This document shows positions 14,850 through 25,800 of a stretch of DNA of 64,000 bases, one piece after another. Under the pieces are notes generated by a model. The model saw only the letters and a program-made list of their open reading frames with translations, was not told the DNA's origin and did not search any database. The translations under genes and the position numbers were made by a program. This DNA is from Enoplolaimus lenunculus (Eukaryota): NCBI GenBank assembly GCA_030248215.1, contig JASANG010001519.1:124001-188000 (forward strand), read 5' to 3'. Within the stretch, counting starts at the first letter, position 1. Each line of letters starts with the position of its first letter.

Positions 14850-16692
14850 TCGAGAATAATCTCAAACCCAAATTGGATTGTCGCAAATGTGTAATTGCTT
14901 AAAGCTATTTTTTGAGCAGTTTTTAAAACGGTTGTTTGTTTGTTTGTTTGTTTGTTTGTTTGTTTGTTTGTTTTTTTAAAATTTGCGATTAACTGTGTAA
15001 GATTGCGTATGTGGCAAAAGCAATTATTTCAAATACGTCCGCCGGTTCGATACGGTGGTCCACAACCGGCGAAAACTTATTTTGACTCTTGGACACGATC
15101 AAGGTGTTTGTAAAATTTTGCACAGCCTTCGGCCTGAACCTACCTTTGTCTCTGACAGCGTTTACCTACCTCAGCGCGTGATTAAACGTCTTTTCTGCGA
15201 GATATTGAACTGTTTAATATTGATGTTGATGTTTGATATTTATTGGTCTGAAAACTATCGATGCTTAAATCTTTAATGAAGCTCGTGTTTCAACGCAGGG
15301 CCGCGTTTTATTTCCAGCATTAATGGCGAGCCATTTAGTTATGGGCATTTTATCTTGTAGTACCAAACTCACGGTAGTATATACAGCCATTGTAGCGAAA
15401 CGGTTTGCATGGCTGCGTAGGTCAGTGGTTAAAGCAGTGGACCGGTAATCCGGTCGTCGTGGATTCGAGCGTCATCCCGCATCCGCAGCAAAATTGTCGT
15501 GAAGGGCTCTTATATGGTACTGCTTAACTTAGTATTACTGGTCGCAACTGTATTTTGGGAGTATGATGGCGGTTTGACTGCACAGTTCGGTGTCAATCAA
15601 CGTTTCGCCTACCATTAGTATATTACGTTGAGGACCTTAACGGTAGTCGGAGCGTTGCATTGTTATAGAAGGGGGGGGCATTGAGAATAACACCGTGTAT
15701 ATATAAATATTTAGGAAGTTTGCGCCCCCATGCAGAAAATATAATCATAGTCAAAAGACTGCTGTACATATACGTAGTTATTCGGTACTAAAATGGTGGT
15801 TATTAGTAAAACTTGGGTACTCGAACTATATATACAAACGAATAGCGTTTGAAGAATATTTAGAAAAAATTTTTTTGAAATTACTGACATTAAATTATAC
15901 AAAATTGACAGGGTACAATGTGTAGGCAGTGTAAGTAGCCTATGTACATGAAGCAGAAATTGCAGCAGAAATTCGGTCAGTCTCTTAAAAACGTTATTCA
16001 CTAATCTTCATGCCGCCGAATCGTCGTTAACCTTGTGGCGTTAGGTTTCGAGTTGTTACGTAGTTTTCACCGTGTCGCTTGATTTACAATATGAGAACAT
16101 TTTAGTAGTTAGTCGCATTTTTCGTTGTTTTTCAAAAAACAAACAGCATTTTTTTTACAATATTTTTAACTCTCAGTGTTACTCTCCTCCGACCCGTATT
16201 TCTTTTATAAAGAGTGAGCGTTCGTTAAAGCAAGAGGTTATTTGTATCAAAACGGGCCAGGATGATAACCATTGTTGTCAAGCGTTGGAGCCAGGAACGT
16301 TTAAGCATTCAACTTGGGTTGTGTATTTTTTGTTTCAAAGTTAAAACGAGTATTTTATCTTTGGTAAAACACAAACGAAACGTTATTTCGTCGTTTTCGC
16401 CGCACTCCTGTTGTGTAATATTGTAGTAGGAGGCCGTCAAGGTAACGACTGTTTTGATGTCGCTTGCTGAGTGTTATTTGAAGCCGGTAAAACGTTTCAA
16501 TACGACATTATTAAGTGTGTGCATTTTTTGTCGTTTTTGCTCGAATGCTTTAATGGTAATGTCGATTATTGTTATTTCCGCGTATTTATTGTGCAGTTTT
16601 GCTATTAACTGCAACAACGGGTTTACACTTAATATATTTTTTAAACTGTTTTATTGTAGATGTTTCGGTGTTGGCGGTGTTGGTGTTGTTGG

Positions 16693-16736
<44 letters not shown>

Positions 16737-16777
16737 TTTGTAGTTGTTGTTGTTGTTGTTGTTGGTGTTGTTGTTGG

Positions 16778-16843
<66 letters not shown>

Positions 16844-19800
16844 CGTTGCTGATGTTGTTGTTGTTGGTGGTGGTGGTGTTGTTGTTGTCGTTGGGGTGCT
16901 CAGAATGCTTTAAAACGTTGACTTTTTGATGCTTTTTTAAGGTAAAAATATTCTTCCGCCGCGGTTTTTTAATGGTTTTGTTGACGAACGAGTGGGACAC
17001 ACCGAAGCAGCGGTTCATTTTGTCAGTAAAATTGCAAATTGGCTGAATTTCGGCCCTGCTGATGATGATAGTGTCAGCGTTCATATGATCGGTAGGGGCG
17101 CAGTGTGCGCGATCATGGTTTTGGTCATCGGAGTTAGGGTTTGTTAACAAGTTGGAACGAGCGTTTGTTTGGGTTCTAACTAAGAATTTTGGGCAAACCG
17201 TGTGAGGGCTAAAATCAAAACGGATGCAGGTCTTTTGGCCCTTAAATGGTTTTTCGCTATGGCTACGCCGCTGATTCTGTCGTGTAGCTGTCGTAGGTTA
17301 ATGATAGTGGTATATATTAGAGATGTGCCGATTAATCGGCATCGGCATCGGTAATAATCGGCACTTTTCGTGAGTAGCGGCATCGGCGCTGCCAAAAAAA
17401 TTGCCGATTCTTTGCCGATACTTTTTGTACATAACAGTCAGTTTGAATGCTATCAATTTTATTTCTGGGCGCAAATATCAGCGTGTCCGGTGAGGAAAAC
17501 CGATATTTTTTGTTGCGTTTGTGTTTGAAAAATAAATTGAAATGAACCGTTCGTCTAAAATTATAATCGGTTATGATGGTTACGGTTTAAGTCTTCATAT
17601 AATGATGCAATGTAGTATCCTATCTGTTTATTGAGCATGATGTGCTAAATTTGGAATCGCCATCGGCTTCGGCATCGACAAAATTTCAAAATAACAATCG
17701 GCATCGGCAAACACTTTGGTATCGGCACATCCCTAGGTATAACTAAGAATGTTCCGCAAACAGTGTGAGGGCAAAAATCACAACAGAGACAGGTCTGTTG
17801 ACCCTTAAATGTTTTTTCGCGCTATGGCTACGCCGCTGATTGTGTCGTGTAGCCGTCATAGGGCAATGATAGCGGTATATATTTAGCGGAAACAAAATTT
17901 TAATGAGCTAAATAATCGACAGTTTCGATGTTAATTAATAGAAAGGATAGAGAAAATGTTAGCTAATCACAGTTTGTGTCGCCGACCCAACGGTTGCATT
18001 TACAGTACCGCTACGAAACCTTATAATTTCTATATAATTTCACCATTATGAATTTGTAGTTATATATATATTTTATGCTACATTGGAAGCTATTTTTCAG
18101 CCGCGACCAAATGTTTAGTCGCTAAACGATGTATTGCGGCGATATCATATGATTTGAAACGCGGTTTGAATATGACAGTTTGAGGAATATTTTACTGACA
18201 GACACGAACGATAAAAAATAAACGATTTGTAGCAAATACAGATTCAATATTAAGGTTCAGTGCAGCTGAAATTATAGTCATTGGGGCGTTTTAGGAGTGT
18301 ATGATCGGGTTTTGTTTGAGTCAGGCGGTTGGTTGCATATTCGTAGCTATGTTAATTGACTAGCGAATCCAGAGGGGACGCAGTGGGAAACCCTCTCTGT
18401 CAGAAATTTTTTTGCGATGAAATGGTTTAGGTTTCTGTTACTTTTCAATGTTTTGCTCTCACATAGTTGGCACATATAATTGCATAGAGTAAAAATGCGT
18501 TTCGTGGTTTTTGGGTAGATTCCCTCGCCTGCACCCCCGAGAGAAAATTGTCGTTCCGCCGCTGCATTTTTTGCAGCGCTATTGTAGCAGGTCCATAGTT
18601 GCATCCTGCGGGTTGCGCTATGATCGCCGCCAGACGCCGGCGCGCGCCACTTTCAAACTTTTGCCGCACGCCGGCGCGTGCCGCCAGACGCCGCCGCACG
18701 GCGCTGTAAAACTTTCAATTAAAAAGTACCGAACGCCGTTTGCGCGGCGGCGCATACCGGCGTGCGGCGGCGCATACCGGCGTGCGGCTGCGCAACCGGC
18801 GTGCGGCGGCGCATACCGGCGTGCGGCGGCGCATACCGGCGTGCGGCTGCGCAACCGGCGTGCGGCGGCGCATACCGGCGTGCGGCGGCGCGCCGGCGTC
18901 CAATGCAATAAAGTATAGCACAACCGTCGGTAATTTTTAATAATAAGTTTTACAGCGGCGGCGCGAGCAGCGAGTATAGCGTAACCCTAACTCTTTTGTT
19001 GAGAATTTTTGTTTGCAAGAATGTTTAAGTTGAAATTGTCGGCAATAGCCCGTGTCGGGGGGGGTGGCACGTTAAAATTTTACGACACTCTACCAGGTCA
19101 CTTTTGTTTGGTTTGGACGTCCATATTCGTAGCAGACGCTAACGACGTGTAGATATTCATGGTTTTTAATTCCGGGTTTGGTATTCATATTCCTTACTGT
19201 TTATTAAACAAACCAAATATTGTGGTTTACGGATTGTATTATAGTTTTTCACTCCTTATGCGCTCCATCGACAGTGCGTTGCTGTGTTTCAAATTAAGCA
19301 AATGGATTTTGCAGCAAAGGTTTTTATATTCGGATGCCGTCGGCTTTTGTCTCTGTATGTGTGCGTGTGTCACTGGTCCGCTGGCGCAATATAACCTTTA
19401 TGGTTCAAGTTTAGTATCGAATTACACGCATGGGTTGCGCGGGATTATTTTTTTGTGATATTTAGTTTTTAAGTGTCTTACCACTGGCGATTGATAGATA
19501 TTTTGGACGGGTAGATAGGTAGGTATATATACGAGATCGCTGTAGTGATTTTTTTGTTTTGATAATTTTTGAAGTGACCTAAGGTTGTTTAAATTTAAAT
19601 AGGATAGAGTGTTACGAGGTTTAGATTTGGCACCACAGTGGTTTCGCACTAGTGTGTATTGCGATAGGGCACAACGTATATCATGTGACGGAAGTTTTCC
19701 TCAGTAAGCAAACAGTATACATGTGTTTGCACTTTCAAACGAGCGAATGGTTCGTTATGCTAAAGTGAATTTACCGTTGTCAGCTTTGGCGATTAGGTTA

Positions 19801-22800
19801 TAAACGTTGTATGCTTGGAAACATCGATATCTCCTCGTGTTTGCGTATTGGAACAAGGTTTTTTTGTGTAGTTTTGAAATTTGGCGATCTTTTCGCAGTT
19901 ATAATTGTTGTGAGTTGTACCACGGATCAACGCATCCTGATATCAGCTCACACTAAACGGAATCGGTCGGAAATTTCAAACTTTAAGCACTACATCTTTG
20001 AGATATCAGTCTACAATGTCACCTGAGGATAGGATCGGTTGCGATTTGCATACGTCAACGCTAGCCAGATGGAACAGCAGTCCCGGCGTTGGTTCAAACG
20101 TGGGACTGACTGATTTTTGTGTTACCTGCCGCTGCCAGCAAGCATCATGTCATGCGTGCAAAGAACACAACGTTTTTATGCTTACAATTATCAATGGTTA
20201 TCCGATTTAGGTATACTTTATGGCAGCAATGTTCAAGCTTTAATGTACTGATATATACATATCTACGAGTTTGTCGCAGTTGTACTTAATGGTAGAAAAT
20301 TTAGTTAAACTGTATGTAGTCTAGTTCGAATTAAACGCGTTGGAGTTGTCTATTTATTGGAACAAGTGTTATATAAACGTTGGCGATAACGGAAAAAATT
20401 ATACAATTCTCCAGCTTGGTATATTCTATACGGTGCTAGGAGGTAGTCTACTGACAGAGTGAATCATGGGCGTTCGAATCAAACGGCGTATTTCGTCGGC
20501 GAAACGCTATTTGCGACGCAAAATGCATCGCAACGCGTCGACGCTAAGCGCAAGAGGTTCGTTCGCTGGTGGTAGTCGGCCACACGCCGTCGTTAGCAGC
20601 ATTACTAGTGACTATAGTGCGGATTGCTGTAATTTGTGCTATGTTATGGTCGATAATGTTTGTCCTGTGTGTAGACAGTGCCAAGCTTGTAGCGACGCGA
20701 CTAACGGTGCGAGTAGTAGTTCAACAACAAACTCCAACGGTGTTGCGTATGATTCTTCGGGCTGTGGGACGTTGTCATCGACCAGTGCTCAAGCGTCTAC
20801 AAGCAGCGGTAGTAATGGTAGTAGTAGTAGCAGTGGGGGTTGCGGGAGCCGTCAGTCGGGAAATCGATGCCGTTATTGTACCCACGGCGGTGTTGTAGAT
20901 AAATTAACTTCGAGCAAGTCGCGGCTGCGAGCGTCGTTGACTTTTCCAGGGTCTCTTGACGCAGCTGTTGGTGAGGCTGTTTCTGACGCAGGTATCAGTG
21001 GCGACCACGCGGCAACCAGCGTCGGATCACCGTCGGATGTGGCGACAAGTCCGAGTACTTCGTCGCATTGTGGCGACGATGAAGACGACGGCATGTATTT
21101 GCGAGTACCGTCACCCTTTGCGAACCGACCTCGCAGGAAATGCAAAGCGGGCAGCGGTAGTCACGAATTATCTGCTGAGTAAGTTTGAAGCGTAAAACTC
21201 ATGGTGGCTGTTTTGTGGAAAACTGAGGAATTTTGCAACGCCTGTAAAATCCTCGAATTTTGCAACGCCTGGAAAATCCAGGAATTTTGCAACGCCTGGA
21301 AAATTCAGGAATTTTGCAACGCCTGGAAAATCCTGGAATATTGCAACGCCTGGAAAATCCAGGAATTTTGCAACGCCTGGAAAATCCTGGAATTTTGCAA
21401 CGCCTGGAAAATCCAGGAATTTTGCAACGCCTGGAGAATCCAGGAATTTTGCAACGCCTGGAGAATCCAGGAATTTTGCAACGCCTGGAAAATCCAGGAA
21501 TTTTGCAACGCCTGGAAAATCCAGGAATTTTGCAACGCCTGGAGAATCCAGGAATTTTGCAACGCCTGGAAAATCCTGGAATTTTGCAACGCCTGGAAAA
21601 TCCAGGAATTTTGCAACGCCGGCAAAATCCAGGAATTTTGCAACGCCTGGAGAATCCAGGAATTTTGCAACGCCTGGAGAATCCAGGAATTTTGCAACGC
21701 CTGGAGAATCCAGGAATTTTGCAACGCCTGGAGAATCCAGGAATTTTGCAACGCCTGGAAAATCCTGGAATATTGTGATGGCCCAGTTGCAATTATGACA
21801 AACATGGAAGAAAGTTGAACGGAAAAAATCTGCAATTTAAATAAAAGATATTTGATTGGAATTTTTTGAGATTATCTTCGAATCTGTCACCCCGCGAGCG
21901 ACGAGTGGCCCTGCTCCACATCATATATATACTGCAAACCATTTATTATGATATGATGTTACGGTAAACGAATAATCTTTAGGCTCGGTGTGTGTGTGTA
22001 ACAAAATTGCAATCGATAGCCGTGTAACGATTGCGCTATACTTGTCGTGCGGCGCCGGCCGTCACCGTCCGTCACCATACAGTATCGTACATGAGTAATT
22101 CATGTACGTTGCCGCAAGGTAACGTACGGTGTCGGGCGGCATCGGACGGCGCCGCATGACAAAGGTACAGTGACGGACGGCGCTGGACGCTAACGGTCGG
22201 CGCTGAGCGCCACCATCACTGTTTCACCGAAACAAAATCGTGTGTTATGTCGCTGTTGTCTGATTGTTTTATGAATAAATCGATTTATTGTTGTTTTAGG
22301 AATCAAGCCGAAGTCAAACACACGTGTCGCGGTTCGATTGTTCTTCAGGGCGCGTATATTCACACCGAAGATGCGGCTCGTTTTATTGTTAGTAACGGCG
22401 GAACTCAGGCATTTCATTTAAAAGTAAGTGATGCGCTGTTGCTATTTACAATCGTATTTTCAACTGTAGCTAGCATGTATCAGCAGTCGACAGTTTTATT
22501 GCCAGGGTTGCCCGCCCGTCCGCCAGAAAAATCAGCGAAAAATGCTTTTTTCAGCTTTTTCCATGTTTTCCGTTGGAGTGGAAAGACTGGAAAAAAATCG
22601 TTTTAAAAATATATTAATTTTTGCAAATAACTTTTACTAGATTTTTTGAGCGAAGCGAAAGCGTTATTTATTTTTGCTCGGGGATCGAAATGTGGATGTC
22701 CGTCCGTCCGTCCGTCCGAAAAGACTCTCAGGAACCGCTGAACCGATTTTGTTAAACTTTGTTTGAAAGCTTTTTATCCTGACAGTGTTAACCTCGCATT

Positions 22801-25800
22801 GGGGTTTTGAAACTTTAAGCCGTTTATTAGCTACATTATAATTTGCATAATTAATTAGTGTTTTAACTGTATATCACTAATAGTTAACAAGCAATCTAAT
22901 TTTAGCGCCAAAGTGTTTCTGCTTACGAGAAATCAGGATCCAAAACAGATAATTGGATAGTTAGCTAATAGCTAATTTGCATATTAGTTTAATTAGTTAA
23001 GCCAAAATGAGGACTTTTCGAATTATTTCACTGATTATTAGGGTTACAAGCAATAAAATTCAGTACTAAATTGTTTTCGTGCGCGAGAAATCTGAATAAG
23101 TTGTTTTAAACCTCCAAAACCGATAATTGAATAGTTAGCTAATAGCTAATTTGCATATTAGCTTGATTAATAACCTAAATTAGAACTTTTTAAATTTAAA
23201 CTATTTCACTGATTATTAGGGTTACTGAATTTGTGGCGAGCATTTTTTTTATTTTATTAGACGCAATAGTTCGCTGTGAAAACCGGTTTTTTAAAGTAGT
23301 AGTATACTTAATTTGACAGTGTTGTTGTACTTTATTTTTGGTTTATTCTGTATATTTTAGGCGAGTACTGAAGTTGATCGTCAAAAATGGGTCACTGCTT
23401 TAGAATTGGCACGAGTACGCGCGATTAAAGCCGCCGAGTCAGGTAAGCATTAAGGCTTAATTGGTCAATTAATCAATGTTACTTTAAGGGGCATAACAGT
23501 AGATTAAGCGTATTCCTAAGCCTAAGCGTTGCAAAAATGTTTTCCTAAGCCTAAGCCTAAGCAAAAAATATAATCTAGAATTTAAATCTACTCTTTTATG
23601 GACCCACCAGAAACCTGGACGCCCATTAAAGTAACACGGCCGCTTAATTGATGAAAATTAAGCTAATGTTGACGTGAAATGAATTTTAATTTTCGAACAG
23701 AAACCGAAAACCGATGTATAAGTGTTTTGAATTGGGACTGCAGAATTTAGTCTGTGGCAAATATTTAAGTGTTATATATTTTGCAGATATAAAAGAATTT
23801 AAAATGATCGTGGTTTAGTATACACCACTGTTGATTTGAGAGTTTAAATTCGTCAAGTTAGTCTACTAAGAACTGTTTACGCGCAGACACTCGCAAATAA
23901 TGGTTGATCTTACGAATCTTAGGCTGCATTCATTAGGATCAATAATATTAAACAGGGTTGCAACGATAACAAAATTTACTTCGAAACCGCTGGACCTTCG
24001 ATTGGTAACGAAACGATACTTGATCAGCATCAGAATCTGAACGGAAATCTTGTCGAAATTTCAGACAGAGTTGTAATTCTATTGAAGCCCTAATGCCAAG
24101 CTTACATAAGTGATTTAGTTCTTAGGTAGCTGGGGTTGTTTGGTATTTATGAAATAGTGTATGAAAACGTTCGTTTTTAGATGAAGAAGATGATTTAAAG
24201 TTGGATACTGAAGATAATCAAACAGAACGCGGCGAACTGCAGTCAGTCATTCGAACCCTTCAAGCAAAGCTTGAAGATTTAACCACGTGCCAATCACTGA
24301 TTGGTTAGTTTGGGTCCAATTGGGGCTGTGGTTTGACGTTCGGTTAGTTTTAACGGATGTTTCACCTATTCTGTGTTATGCAAGGAAGTACTGAAAAACT
24401 TCAGTTGTGCTCAATAATGGTGGAATTTGTAAGTCAAAGAAGGTTGTTTGTAACATATAACCCGCGGCTATAACTAATAACGTGTCTAGTTTAATTTAAA
24501 TTAGTCAGTAACACTAGAAATTGGAATAAATAAATTTTGAAATCGGTCTTGTTAAACAAGAATTTCAAAAACTTGACAAAAATACAACATGGAAAGTCTA
24601 GGAAGGTGTCACACGATTTTGCGCAGTCATCGTTGTAAAACTAAAAATTAATGCTGAGTTGATAATTTTTACCACCCCGCAATGTTTTACTGTCAAAAAA
24701 TTGTGGCAATCTCAAATTGAAAGCCTTTAAGCATACTACAACATACAAGTTTTACAACATATTATACATACAGGTTTTACAACATATTATTATTTTTCGT
24801 GTCTTGAAGTATTTCAACTGGTCTATAATTGTATGTTTTAGTGAAGCACGGAGCAAGCCTTCAAAAGTCACTTGCAGATTTGGAATCAGTACAAAATTGT
24901 GCGGATCCAGTAGTTGCGAAAGTCAAAACTGCAAACGAGCGTGCGACGCTGTTTCGTATTACGACAAATGCAATGATTAATGTAAGAACTCGAATAGCAA
25001 TAGGTTTCTGTAAGGTTAGCTTTATCATAGGCGGATCCAGAATAAATTAGCGGGGGTTCACGGGTTGTGATTTGGCGAACGGTGGATTCGAATGATGCTG
25101 GCCACGTCAGAGCATGTTTCGATTTGAAACATGACAAATTGTTTGCGTGATACGAAAAGGTTCGCTAACATTCAGAGTACCTACCTCTGGTTCCGCTCCT
25201 AGTTGTTGTTTTGGTGTCATCGTGTGTCATTGTCTGTATTGTGAGAGAAATCTGTGGCGATTGTTAAGCTAGGTTTACAACGGAAAACTATTAAAATTCA
25301 TGTAAAACCAGGTCAGTCGAAAACAAGCCTTTTTGTATAGTCGAGGGTTCGTGTATACATCCCCACGTTTAAGGTTCAGGCTAAATTTTAGATAACGACT
25401 TTGGTCATAGATTCGGCTTAGGACTTATATTAAGCTGTGGGGGTATGGATTATGGAACATCCTTCGAATTTAATAAAATTAGTTTATTTTCTACATTTCG
25501 ACGTGCTGAGTTCAGCGGTACCATTTTTACGGCTTCAGGTCCCGGTTCAAAGTTATGGCCTTTGAAATTTGAACTTTTTTGTATAAAACATGTACAACCA
25601 CACACCAAATTTGTACAACGACTAAACCTGGTAAAGCTTATAGTTTACAAACATGTGAATGATATATACTTTCTCTTCAGCTCTCTGCGTGTTTGCACGA
25701 TAATTTCGAGGCCAAATGGTTTTACCATTTACTCGACTCCACGAAGTCTATAAGGCAAAACTTTTTTATTAATTCTATTGCTCGTATTTCTGGAACATGA

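Noticed and set aside
15411..15489. Functional tRNA-Thr(GGT)
   Set aside because: D, anticodon and T stems are mispaired; kept only as a tRNA-derived remnant.
17050..17100. CTGATGA hammerhead ribozyme core (also at ~11803)
   Set aside because: No correctly placed GAAA and no compatible stems I-III.
16454..17150. Poly-C/V/L/N/Q ORFs
   Set aside because: Translations of the (TTG)n microsatellite.
18445..18940. Arg/Ala-rich ORFs on both strands
   Set aside because: Produced by the GC-rich 20-bp minisatellite inside a MITE.
21227..21775. CRISPR-like appearance of the 27-bp palindromic repeat (also considered for the 100-bp and 23-bp arrays)
   Set aside because: Units are contiguous with no unique spacers, there are no cas genes, and the context is a eukaryotic intron.
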